Assembly: GCF_964213995.1 (NCBI RefSeq)
Contig: NC_135813.1
Location: forward strand, 60,884,001 to 60,948,000
DNA: 64,000 nucleotides
Direction of reading: 5' to 3'
Origin: Mustelus asterias
Taxonomy: Eukaryota
Positions 52,096 through 64,000 of the stretch are shown here, in pieces (position 1 is the first letter of the stretch; each line of letters starts with the position of its first letter). The position numbers were made by a program, and so were the translations under genes. The notes beneath the pieces are model-generated. The model did no database searches. It saw only the letters and a list, made by a program, of their open reading frames with translations, and was not told the origin of the DNA.

Positions 52096-52529
52096 AGAGG
52101 ACTTGTTCTGCCGGTCCAAAACCCTCCAGAGTCCAACGGGGAAAGTTGTTTGTCAGGCATTCACTAGTTGACATTTTAGCAGTGTCACAAATAATGACAG
52201 TGACTGCTTTGCAAACATTCCGGGCTGTCACTATCCCTTCTCCAGCAGCTCCACCAAGCTCATTCAGGGAAACTCCGGGAAACTGTTTTATTCTGCCCTG
52301 CATTTTGCACAAACGATGAATCTGTGATCGATTAGCGAGCCTTTGTACATTTTGTCTTGGTTAAGATTTACTAACGGCGACACTATCTGAAGTTGTGACT
52401 TAATACAGTTAAGAAAAAAATATTTAAGACGGAACCCCATTTCATTAATTCGACAGTTTGGGGAGGTTGAATGGGAAGTTTAGTGTAAATAATACAAATA
52501 CGTTTAGGTACTGGCAGCTACATCAAGAT

Positions 52530-52691
52530 AAGAGCAAATTACTGCGGATGCTGGACTCTGAAACCAAAAGAGAAAATGCTGGAAAATCTCAGCAGGTCTG
52601 GCAGCATCTGTAAGGAGAGAAAAGAGCTGACGTTTCGAATCCAGATGATCCTTTGTCATCTTTGACTCTTTACTCTCCTGACAGTTGCTGC
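52530..52691. mobile_element. Inverted Penelope-like terminal fragment about 430 bp downstream of the GP1BB stop
   Basis: Perfect 15-bp TSD CAGCTACATCAAGAT (52515-52529 and 52692-52706); internal inversion. Confidence 0.8.
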
Positions 52692-54699
52692 CAGCTACAT
52701 CAAGATCACGGAGAATGCGCCAGAGCATCTGTCGACACCCATCAGAATATGTACCCAGAGCCGCAGCAATGACGATCTTTGATAACGGAGGAAAAATATT
52801 TCTAACGAAGGAGGGTTGTCTATATGTTAATGTCCCCAAAGCTTTCAAGTGTTGTTTACAACACGGTTGGTAATGGTAATATTCTGAAATGTACACTGTA
52901 ATTCTGTATTCCGATTGCTTTCTGATATACAGTTTAACCCAGAAAAAACTCTGCCACTGTAATACTGAATATATTTGTGTTTTTCCTAATGTAGATTCTG
53001 TTGAGCAATTACTAATATCGGTGCTTTCGTAGCGGCTATATCATTGGAATTATTACTGGGAAATATGTGATGGCAGTAATTGTAACGCGAGGAAATTAAT
53101 TAAAATTTCCGTTTATCGCGTCCTGCTTTGTGATGTTCCGAAGTGTCAATGCGAAAGATCAATGTGTAAAATGATCGAACGAGATTAAATTACATTACAT
53201 TTAGAAGCGAAGATAGATCTTTATTCATAGATATGGGTGGAGAAGGAAGCCTGTCTGAATCTCTCCTTCTGCAACAGATACACGCTGAACACATGACTTC
53301 CATATTTCGTACAGGGAAGTTTTGGCTGTCTTGGGAATACTTCGTTTTGCACTGAAGCCACCCATCACCCAGGGCATAACAGTGCGATGAGATCGCTGTC
53401 ACAATATTTATCCATTTTCACTTCACTTGGATATTCGATTCGTTTGATATATTATGCTTTTTATGCGTTTAGTTTAACTAGCGTCACCGTCACTTGTGGA
53501 AGTTATTTGGAAGATAGTTCGTGTTCAGTTAAAATTGCGCCACAGCGACACTTGTTGGTGACTGAAGGAAAACCTGGGGCTCCCAGCCACGGTGACCGGA
53601 AGCAAAATTGTCCACTGTCCTTATAGCTACAGGAAGCATGGTTACTCAGCGAAATGAATGAAAATAAAATAGAACACAGATACTAAGAGATAATGGTAGG
53701 TGGAGATTAAGTAAGTATAATGCAATCATATATTGGGATTTAAAATAAGCCCTCAAACTCCGTGGCATTTGAAGTTGATTAATATTGATTATGGTTGCTG
53801 TATTGAATGTGATGGGGGGTGCCGTGATATAGAGGCGGCTTCTAATCAAGGCATAAACGAGACAATATAATTCTGAAGTATACCTGTAAAATTTAGAATC
53901 ATCTTCTGTAATGTGTAAAGTCTTGCTTGTGCTGAATAAAGTTTAATCGCCACATTAAACCAATTGATGTCATTGTCGAATCACTGGAAACCAAAATGTA
54001 AAATAAATGAACACAGCGAAATTTCATTAGTGGCAATTGTACCGTTACTGGGACTCATTTTTTTTCAGAAATATATGAGCTAAGAAGATGTCCACACCTT
54101 CTGACATGGAAAAGGGGGCAATGACACATTCTTAATAAGAAATTCAATGTGAAGGAGATGATGGCATCAGAAAATAATGAATAAACAGAGAAATTTCATC
54201 GAAATGCCCTAGTCTGATGTAGGCTATCACAGGCAATGTGCCAGGAGCTGAGGACTTGAAAGGAACTTCTAAAGTAATTAATTAGAAGTTGCGATAAATA
54301 TTGGAAGCATTGCTGTCAGAAAATAACCCGTGCATTCGACTCTAATCAATTCGTGGTTAATCTCGATTGTTTGCTTTTGTGTTCAGTTTTGAATTAAATG
54401 ATTCATATTGAATTGACAATCACAGCCGAGGTCGCTCTGTTCGGTCCCTCGTCAGCTCTTGATTCTCCACCACAGCCTAGCGTGTCTATGTTATGTAAAT
54501 AGGAAACGATTCTATCAGATTCTAAGTAGTCATTTTGGAAACACAACTGATACCCAATTTCTCACGAAAACCCGATTCCAACAAATAACGTTTGTTATTG
54601 TAAATAATTGCTACGGTAAACCATGGAGTTATTATTGACTTCATTGAATTAAATTACCATTCACGTCACATAAACACAGTGGCTACAATAGCAAATCAG

Positions 54700-56030
54700 A
54701 AGCGAGGAACCTGGTGAGTAACTCACCTCCTGACTCTCCAAAGCCTGTCCACCATCTACAAGGCACAGGTCAGGAGTGTAATGGAATACCCCTCAGTTGC
54801 TTGGATGAGTGCAGCTCCAACAACACTCAAGAAGCTTGACACCATCCAGGACAAAGCAGCCCGCTTGATTGGCATTATATCCGCAAACATTCACTCCCTC
54901 CACCACTGACTCTCAGTAGCCGCAGTGTGTACTATTTGCAAGATGTACTGCAGAAATTCAGCAAAGATCCTTAGACAGTACCTTCCAAACCCATGACCAC
55001 ATCCAGCTAGAAGGACAAGGGCAGCAGATACATGGGAACCCCACCACCTGCAAGTTCCCCTCCAAGCCACTCGTCATCCTGACTTCGAAATGTATCACCG
55101 TTCCTTCGCAGTCGCTACGTTAAAATCCTGGAATTCCCTCCCGAAAGGCATTGTGGGTCAACCCACAGCACATGAACTGCATTGTTTCAAGAAGGCAGCT
55201 CACCACCACCTTCTCAAAGGCAACTAGGAACGGCCAACGAATGCTGGCCAGTAAGCAACTCCAATGCCCCACGAATTTTGGTAGAACTAACGTCGGGGGG
55301 AGCTGTACGATAAATGGTAGAACCATAAAGGGTGTCGATACGCAGAGGGATCTGGGTGTGTAAGTCCACAGATCCTTGAAGGTGACGTCACAGGTGGAGA
55401 AGGTAGTGAATAAGGCATATGGCATACTTGCCTTTATAGGACGGGGCATAGAGTATAAAAGTTGGGGTCTGATGTTGCAGTTGTATAGAACGTTGGTTCG
55501 GCCGCATTTGGAATACTGCGCCCAGTTCTGGTCGCCACACTACCGGAAGGACGTGGAGGCTTTAGAGAGAGTGCAGAGGAGGTTTACCAGGATGTTGCCT
55601 GGTATGCAAGGGCTTAGTTATGAGAAGAGATTGGGTAAACTGGGGTTGTTCTCACTGGAAAGACGGAGGATGAGGGGTGTATAAAATTATGAAAGGCATA
55701 GATAGGGTGAACGGTGGGAAGCTTTTTCCCAGATCGGTGGTGACGTTCACGAGGGGTCATAGGTTCAAGGTGAGGGAGGGGGGGGGGGGAGGTTTAACAC
55801 GGATATCAGAAGGACGTATTTTACACAGAGGGTGGTGGGGGCCTGGAATGCGCTGCCGGGCAAGGTGGTGGAGGCGGACACACTGGGAACATTTAAGACT
55901 TATCTAGATAGCCACATGAATGGAGTGGGAATGGAGGGATACAAAAGGATGGTCTAGTTTGGACCAGGGAGCGGCGCGGGCTTGGAGGGCTGAAGGGCCT
56001 GTTCCTGTGCTGTACTGTTCTTTGTTCTTT
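54700..56030 (+). mobile_element. CR1/L2-group LINE 3' end followed by a CR1 3' fragment (about 55272-56030)
   Basis: HLLTLQSLSTIYKAQVRSVMEY..; LYRTLVRPHLEYCAQFWSPHYRKDVEALERVQRRFTRMLPG. Confidence 0.85.
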
Positions 56031-56413
56031 GAATGAATACAAAATCTTTTCAGGTTATTGCTAAGCAGATGGGGGAATGGCTTAGAGGTGTTGGCAACAT
56101 CTAAATACCGAAGATTCTCCCGTTTCCAGCTCTTTCTCTGGCATCACCTCAGTATTTTGGATTGGGTCATGTAACTGCACATCTTCTTGCTCTACTTGAC
56201 TCCTAGTATCCTGAAGCGTGCAATTGGCAAATTCAGGAGACATTTCTAGATATAACTAACTGCTGTTCTGTATGTGGACCTAACAAAAGACTTTTTCCCG
56301 AAATGCTGCTGAGTTCATGAGCTTATCCACATGGATAATGTCTATAATGCTGTGCCATGCTGTCAACTCATGACATCAGCATTTTACCACTAAATGGGAA
56401 TACCTGCTGTTGC

Positions 56414-57856
56414 CCTCTTTTCAGGTCAAACCAAATAAACAAACTCAGATTAAGTCAGGACAAAGTAAAAAGGGGCAGCTCCCCAAAAGGAGGGGGGAAC
56501 AGCCCGAACAAAAGTCAAAGTACAAAGGAAACTTAAAAACATCAGATTAAAATGTGATTGTCAGGGTTAATAACGCACCCCAACCCCTGTGGTGCCCAAC
56601 GAGCGTGGAAGGCATCAACCGCGCCCGTGGACACCGCATGCTCCCTCACCAGGGACACCTGGCCGCGAACATAGCTGCGGTAGAGGGGCAGACAGTCAGG
56701 ATGGATGGCCCCCTCGATCGCCCGCTGCCTGGACCAGTAAATGGCGCATTTCGCCAGGCCCAGGAGCAGGTTCACGAGGAGGTCGCCATCCCAACCCTCC
56801 TCTCTCCGCACCGGGTGTCCGTAGATCAGGAGTGTGGGAAGTGCAAACAAAACATCAATAAAAGGTTCTTTAGGAAAACAAAAAGGGAGTGCAGCCTAAG
56901 ACACACAACATAGACATGGTCCACGGACTCCACAAGGCCACAGAAAGGGCAGTCTTCGGAGCTTGTGAACCAGTGAATCCTACGGTTGTGCGGCACTGCT
57001 GCAGGCATCACCCTCCACCCCAGGTCCCTGACATAATTGGGGGAGATCCCTCCGTAGAGGGACCTCCAGCGGGGACCTCCGCCGCCCGGCGGCAACAAGG
57101 CCCGCCAAGGTGTATCCGGGCGACATGCGAGGAGGCGGTAGTGGAAGGTGTGCAGCAGCAGCCCACACAGGAAACGCCTCCGCGTGGTAGACAAAGGCAC
57201 AGAGGATATTTCCGCGAGGCGGCTCAGGCTGTGGGGCACCTGACCCGAGGAGGGGGTTTGAGGTTTTGTGCCAATGTGGAATTCCGTCCAAACAGGGGAA
57301 TGCTAGGGCAGGATCCCACCGCACGCCTGCACCGCCTCGAGTTTGCGTGCAGTTTCGGGGCCCAGCACGACCGTCCTAAGGTCTAGGATAGCTTTGGCTG
57401 CGTGCCGGACGGCCGTCCCCGCGCGCTGAGCCAGCACGTGGGGACTCATCCAGCCCGCCCCTCCGCCATCGAGCACGTCCCCGATTCTGGTCACCCCGGC
57501 GTCCACAGCCCTCCTCTCCGCCAGCCACCTGAAGTCATACGGCTGGAGGAGCGGATTCCTGAGCAGCGGCTCTTGCACGAGAGCCGCTACTCCTGACAGG
57601 GGGGGGGAGCTGCATCGCGAGGCGACCGTGTTCCAGACAGTGAGGAGGTCCTGGTAAAAGACGGGCAACTCCTGCAGGGCGGTCGAAACACGCCCCAGAT
57701 CGATATGCAGGAGCAGCACATCATATTTGAGGCCACTGGCGGAAGAAATACGCCGCCATGGCACACCATTGTGGAGGGGGCTCAACGTAAAGGTACCTCT
57801 GCAGGGCCTGGAGGCGGAAGGTCGCTATCTGAGTGCGAAGGCACACCAGACCTTGA
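56414..57856 (-). mobile_element. 5'-truncated Tx1-clade (L1-like) LINE
   Basis: LPVFYQDLL.VW..EPL..NP, DLGWRV.., CPFCGLVESVDHVYVVC knuckle, LVNLLLGLAK.AI..SR; 15-bp TSD AATACCTGCTGTTGC (56399-56413 and 57857-57871). Confidence 0.88.
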
Positions 57857-58074
57857 AATACCTGCTGTTGCGGCTAAGTGTTTTTGTCTATTTAGGATCC
57901 ATCACCAACAACTGAAGATGCCATTGGGATGTAGAAATTGTTCTCAACAAACAAGGGGGGCAGAAAAGGATCAGGCAAACATACAAAGAAACGTTCGCCC
58001 GAATAGTAACAAAAAGGGATCAGATCGAGGCCAGGTTATCAAAAGTGTTAATGGTAATCAATAATTGGCCGACA

Positions 58075-58212
58075 AGCTTTCGGAGCGCTGCTCCTTCATC
58101 AGGTGAGCGCTCCGAAAGCTCGCGATTCCAAATAAAGCTGTTGGACTTTAATCTAGTGTTGTGAGACTTCTTACGGTGCCCACCGCAGTTCAACGCCGGT
58201 ATCTCCACTTCA
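58075..58212. mobile_element. Head-to-head Penelope-like pLTR fragments with hammerhead core on - strand
   Basis: 15-bp perfect inverted repeat 58075-58089 / 58106-58120; remainder homologous to 5990-6096. Confidence 0.8.
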
Positions 58213-58539
58213 GGACAGACTTTGTGACTGGTATGAATGCAAAACATCACGGTGGATTCCTGGACTGGTTTCAGTTGGAGGTGTCAGTGAAAATTCAATT
58301 ACATTCAGTCTAAGCTGCCGCACGTAAGGACTTGATTCGATGTTAAGACCAAGGATTAAATGAATCGAATTGGACTGAAAAACCAACTCTGACAACCTGG
58401 GAATTGGAGCTATCTGGACACTCATTATGGAGGCCGTCATATTTTGGCCCCGTACTTGCGACACCAGGTGACTTAATAAAAAAATGATCACGACATTTTG
58501 TTTTACTTATTGTCAGAAAAATATTTGTCAGATTTTTTC

Positions 58540-59720
58540 CTACGCTTTTGACATAAATGATTTGGACTCGGAAATCGGAAGTACAATTTCAACATTTGTG
58601 GATGACAACGAATTGGGGCATTTCGTTAATATTGAGAAGACTGCGACAAAATACACGAAAACCTTAATAAACTTGTAGAATGGGCATAAAAAAGGCTGAA
58701 TGAATTTTCATACAAATAAACGTGAGATGGTTGGAGAAATAAAGAGGCTACACAGTCGTGGAAAATAAGAGCTTAAAGAACCATGGGACTGATGGGTGTA
58801 TATTGATATAGGAACATAGGAACGAGGAACAGGCATAGGCTGTGCTATCCTTTGAGCCTGCTCCGATATTCAATTAAATCTTGGCTGATCTACTTCAACG
58901 CTATTTTTCCACACGACCCCATATTATTTTTATATTTAATAATTAAGATTCTATCAGTCTACATCTGGAACACACTCAATGACTGGGCCTCCGAAGCCCA
59001 TTGGATGGAGAATTCCATGATTCACCACATTCTGAGTGAAGAGATTTCTCTTATCTCAGTCCTGAGTGGCCTGCTTCTAATTCTGATTCTGTGGCCCAGA
59101 GCTAGGGGAAACATCCTTCCTGCATTTATCCTATTGAGGCTTGTGATACTTTTGTTGTGCCTCAATGAGTTAATCTCTCATTCTTTTAAATTCAAGAGAA
59201 TACAGACCAAATGCCCTCAATCTCCGCCATCCCAGGAATCAGTCTGGTGAACATTTGTTGCACTGTCTAAGACAAGTATACACTTCCCACATTACTAAAT
59301 GTAGCAATATAAATAACCAAGAGGTTAAAATATGAACTCTGAATTGAGGTTCATTTTTGGAAGCATATAATTAAGAAAAGCAGGAAAGCTAACCGAACCT
59401 TGTGCAGAATGTTGGTTAGACGACATTTTAGCGAACTATGCACAAGTCTGTTCTCCATATATGGAAGAGGACGCAGAGGGGAATGTGTTAGAAGGATTTA
59501 CTGTCATGATACCGCAACTGAGAGGTTGTGACTATCTGAAAGACTGAGCAGTCTTTTATCTTCTAGCGTGACCTGGTAACAAGGTGTATTAAATCGTAGC
59601 TTCAGAGAAGACTGCTACATTTGTGGGGAATACAATATTCAGTGTTATAAAATGATTGTCACCAACTAGTCCAGTAAAGAATTCAGAAATCTACTACATG
59701 CCCAGTGAGTGGTTATAATG
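58540..59720. mobile_element. Old CR1 (+) with a nested CR1 3' end (-, about 58808-59280)
   Basis: INDLDSEIGSTISTFVDD; CR1 tail ataggaacatagg in reverse. Confidence 0.65.
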
Positions 59721-59929
59721 TTGAACGTGTGACCAAGTGGCATTGCCCAGTTCAGCAGAATGTCTTGTATCTGTGCTGTAACTTCAATATAATTGTGCAA
59801 GAATTAAATCTACAGTTTGTCACAGGAAATAAATCCTCACTATTTAATCGAGTTTATTTTGTTGTTCTGGATTGGTACAGAGGAACCCGAATTTTTTTTT
59901 AGCTGCGCCTGAGATAATACAGTTATATA

Positions 59930-59935
59930 TTTATT
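59930..59935 (-). terminator. Probable IgL polyadenylation signal (AATAAA on - strand)
   Basis: TTTATT on + about 200 nt past the C-exon stop; a second copy at 59853. Confidence 0.55.
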
Positions 59936-60132
59936 ACGCTGCAGTATTGTAACGTTACATTGAAGTTCAGGGAGAACAGGGGTTAAGATTGAGTCATTGG
60001 GATCCAAACTGAACATCTGCTATGATTTGAAATGTTCCTTTTAAAATGAAAAATGCGATATCTGAGGACGGACTTTACTTTTGAAAAGCATTTAACTAAT
60101 ACTACAACAGATCAATACGAACGAGTCATGAA

Positions 60133-60455
60133 TCAGATACAGCTGGATCTAGAGATGCTTGTTTGAAGCGGGTTCGCTTGAGTCTCGTGTTTGACCAGAC
60201 AGGAGTAAAGCTCGTGTGAGTTCCACTCTGAGGCTGACAGAGTCAGATAACTGCTCACACTGAACGTATTGTCCGCCTCCTGCTGGACCCGACTGGTCTC
60301 AACCCCATTCCCTCTGACGCTGCCATCGACAGTCCATTCAATCTCCGCTGCTCCCGGGTTAAAACCGCTCACCAAACACACCAGGGTCGCCGTGTCCTTT
60401 TCCGCGATTTGAGTCGGTGAAGGCCGAAGGACCGACACCCTGGGGGCCCGTGGAT
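60133..60455 (-). CDS. IGLC: Immunoglobulin light-chain constant exon, shark lambda/type II-like
   Basis: Acceptor ttttgctttccag (phase 1); xPRAPRVSVLRPS...TATLVCLVSGFNPG..IEWTVDG...TFSVSSYLTL..SEWNSHELYSCLVKHE...SRSSCI*; C1-set Cys/Trp/Cys plus penultimate interchain Cys. Isotype assignment is from recall. Confidence 0.92.
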
Positions 60456-62371
60456 CTGGAAAGCAAAAGCATACGTAAGAGTGAGGGAAAGTTCACACAC
60501 CGTCGCATGTGAAGAGTCGGACGTCAGAGTATTGTTTTTCCGCTCTTTTTTCATTCAGTTGCTGTGCAAAACGGATCAGAAATATTTATCAATGGAGGTG
60601 AACAACCTTACTAAACATATGTAGCCGCGTTCGTCCCGAAAGTTGAAAATATAAATAGAGAAAATAACTTTAAGGAACTAATGGAAAGTAAAATAATTTC
60701 TCTGCAAAAATACTAGTCTCATAGCAATGCGTGTTTGGCAATGTTGTAGATTGTTTAATTGTTTAATTCAAATAACGATACTTTGAACAATCTCCAAAAT
60801 TAGCTATGTGATAAACAGTGTGAAATCAATGCTTCCAGAGTGATTTTTGAAAGGCCGGTTATTATTTTGAGACACAATAAAGTAATAAATAATCAGCTCT
60901 ACAGATTCATTCAAGTGCATTTTCTAATTGATCCCGGAGTGGATTTCCTTTAGAGCACAAGTGATCCCTTTTAATTGCATCAGTAGATCGACGAAGCAGT
61001 TCTGTCAATTTGAACAAATTCCTTGGAGCATTCCCCGAGCTTCCACGGTTAGTTCGGAAACAATTCTTCGATTTAAAAGGCGTGAATTGAGAATTAAAAC
61101 CATTGATTAACACAATGCAGATGTCGAATTTGATCGGATTCAATTCATCACAACACCAAAAGAAGAATCACTTGATGCAAGAGATCCCCAGACTCGGAAT
61201 AGATCTAATCTAAATTCTATCGTAGATTTATACACATTAGAACACACAGTGAGACTTGCATAAATGCCAGTTTTTCGACTACCGCAATGTATTTAATTTA
61301 TTTAGTCCAAATTTTCTCATTCGTCTTAGATTGATATATAACAAAAGGAACAAATAATTCCAGACGAATTTGTCGATGTTACTTGGATAAAACAAGTACT
61401 GAGATCGTGAAATGATTCCTGCAAAAATATAAATTTGTTTAAGTAATTGCAGACTGGAATCGCTGCTTTTGTGAGCAATTTTCACAATATTCCTTGAATC
61501 AAGTTGTAAACCTTTAACTAATATTTTATGGCCTGAATTCTTATCGTCCCCAGCCATTCGGCTTGAATCGCCCTAGCTACAGCTTTTGTGTTCCATCTGA
61601 CTGCAGTTAACCATAAAAGCTTGAAAACAATACCGGAATAAGATGTCATGCCCAGATCATGTGAACAGTATGTCCTCCAGTGTCAATGGTTAAAACAGTT
61701 TCAAACAAAAATTACTTGTCCCTTGGCAAACTATCTGTTCAAATTATGATGCTCCCCAAATCAATTACATTAATAATTCGTGTCGTGTTATAAATAAAGC
61801 TTCCTGTGATACCAATTCTAAAATACAAAGATGTCTAAGAATGACAAGCTGCCACAACCAGGGGTCTTTTAAAAGGCGCTTGTTTCTTTGTATTACTACG
61901 TGTAGTAACATGGACTACATCCTCTGGAAACTGTCAATCAAGCATTGTAATAATAACCAAATGGATTTATCATTACTAAAAGCACAAAAAGACGGATTAT
62001 ACACTCCTTGAATGGTATAGTGAGATGGCTGTCTCCAGTTCTGTGGAAGTAGGTTGTTACGTTCGCGCTGTAATTCACGGTCAGCAGTAATAGCTACTTA
62101 GGAAGAATAATTTTCGCAACCGCCGTCTTTCAGGCAAATTGCCAACGCGATTTAATTAACCCCCAAGTATTGCGTTGGTTACTATGACGCCAACATCAAA
62201 ATCAGCTTCCCAAAATGCAAAGAACAATTTGATCGAAATCTAGAAGCCTCACTAAGAACATTGCAACTTGATGTATCCCCGTTGCATTCTATCATAGACG
62301 CTAAAATTACAGGAACATTCTAGACACATGTCGGGAAAAATGGAATGACAGGGATTTGCAAACTTGACAAA

Positions 62372-62658
62372 TGGGCGGCAGGGTAGCCCAGTGGTTAGCA
62401 CTGCTGCCTCACAGCGCCAGGGACCCGGGTTCGATTCCCGATTTGGGTCATTGCCTGTGTGGAGTCTGCACGTTCTCCCCGTGTTTGCGTGGGTTTTTTC
62501 CAGGTGCTCTGGTGTCCTCCCACATTCTGAAAGATGTGCTGGTTAAGTGCATTAACCCGAACAGGCGCCGGAGTGTGGCGACTAGAGGAATTTTGCAGTA
62601 ACTTCATTGCAATGTTAATGTAAGCCTTACTTGTGACTAATAAATGAACTTTACTTTA
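62372..62658 (+). mobile_element. HE1-like SINE with alternative tail, in the presumed IgL J-C intron
   Basis: Head GGGCGGCAGGGTAG..GGTTCGATTCC; CpGs retained. Confidence 0.85.
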
Positions 62659-63289
62659 CAAAAGGTGCAGTTTGGTAAAGGAATCCCTGGAATCTCGAAG
62701 AAATACTGCTCGCCTCTCATTTGATATACACCTTGAGTGAATTGAATTTGTGTGGAATATAACAGCGGGACCGCTGGAAATCTCACATAACGACATCTCT
62801 GTTTTAGTCGTCGGATTCTAGACGACTTGGTCATAATATAGCAAAACAGCTCATTTAAAATGCGGGACAGAATATCTTTAGTGATGTGACTGGTATTTTC
62901 CTAACGTGTACATTGCATTGGAGTAAGCAGAACTACAGAATAAACTATCTAAGCAATCATCTATATACGGCAAGGAGATATGATAACATAATTCAAGGCG
63001 TTATTTATAAAAAATATATCGAATTGGTAAGCAGGGAAAAGGATTAAGGATGTTAGGTATCTTCATCAGAAAACTAGCATAAGTTTATAAAACACGAATA
63101 TATCCAATTTCCCTACAGATGCTGCAGGAACAGTTAAGAGTTTCCAGCAATTTCTATTGGTATTTAATATTTCTAATTTTAAACATTATTTTGTTTTTTT
63201 GGATTTAAATTTAAAGCTCTGTGTGGTATTAAAATATATACACCGTAACATCGCAGGTTATCACACGGTACACAACTCGATAATCTCAT

Positions 63290-63640
63290 TTGGAATAGAT
63301 GGCAATCTCTTCAACCTGAGACAACTGAAATACTCACCTGAAGTTTCATAGGTGATGATAATGGAATTGCTATTTACCGATGTTTGTGCCCTTGTGCCCT
63401 ACTTTGAGCATGGCCTCAAATCATAGATTGTTTTTCAAAAACAACTGACGGCCATAGTCTAATCGTCGCCTTACGGAAGGCAGAGATACTCCACCAACCA
63501 CTGCCACCTCTGACTATCCACCAGCTAATCTGTCAATGACACAACTCTGAAGGTTCAGATAACTTTACCTTTCTCGGAAGCACAATCCCCAGAGATTGCT
63601 GCATTGACAGTGAGGTGGCAAATAATTACTGGTTAGTAAT
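63290..63640 (+). mobile_element. RTE-clade RT remnant
   Basis: DGNLFNLRQLK...ELLFTDVCALV (decayed FADD). Confidence 0.65.
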
Positions 63641-64000
63641 GCTGCAACTGCATGTTTATTATAAACATCGTGGGTTAATGTGAATTGTCGGCTGCGAATC
63701 GTGTACTCTATTGGACGCCCATGCTTGATTTAGAGTCGAATTGATCATAGTTGCTGTGTATCCTACTTGCACGGCTGGATGCCAGGGTAAATTGCTCCCC
63801 GGAGTCGGAAGCCGACTCGATTTTAGGCCGATTGATTAATTTGGGAATTTGCACTTTATATTTTAAATCCTCTCAGCATGGGGGCAAACGACACGGGAGC
63901 AAGTCAATCCAAACAAAGAGGCCCACACGCTTCTCTTTGTGTTAGGATCCATCGTAAGTACTGACTGATGCTGATTAGCGAGCAAATTGTTTTTGCGTCT

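Noticed and set aside
56380-56420. U2 snRNA target site for the Tx1 element (Keno-like)
   Set aside because: Flanks show no U2 or other snRNA sequence I recognise
61245-61283. CACAGTG heptamer upstream of IgL C as a possible RSS (also 54675)
   Set aside because: No ACAAAAACC-like nonamer at 12 or 23 bp and no adjacent J (FGxG) or V segment
60456-64000. V/J segments or an intronic octamer/kB enhancer
   Set aside because: No FGxGT or YYC frame and no perfect ATGCAAAT or kB site recognised

Overview
Cartilaginous-fish (shark-type) genomic DNA, repeat-rich. It holds three host genes. (1) The last 10 coding exons of SEPTIN5 (+, 4598-40112; 351 codons plus stop, all GT-AG and phase-consistent); the 5' exon(s) were not found. 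(2) An intact platelet/thrombocyte glycoprotein Ib-beta gene, GP1BB (+, 51508-52095), with a probable non-coding first exon and GATA/ETS-rich upstream DNA. (3) An immunoglobulin light-chain constant exon of the shark lambda/type II class (-, 60133-60455); no V or J is in the window. The rest is mostly retroelements: HE1/V-SINE-like, Deu-domain and other tRNA-SINEs, CR1, CR1/L2-group, Rex1, RTE and Tx1 LINE pieces, Penelope-like elements with minimal hammerhead ribozyme cores, solo LTRs and Harbinger-type MITEs, often nested. I cannot demonstrate a wholly new biological system. The best leads are the tight SEPT5-GP1BB-IgL(lambda) linkage, the hammerhead-bearing Penelope termini, a cryptic HMGN-like retrocopy missed by the ORF track, a SINE tail serving as a SEPT5 polypyrimidine tract, a GATA-containing minisatellite at a weak acceptor, SINE tail-swapping, and a CpG-retention shift after about 49.7 kb. 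Repeat-family names come from recall and motifs, not a database search.
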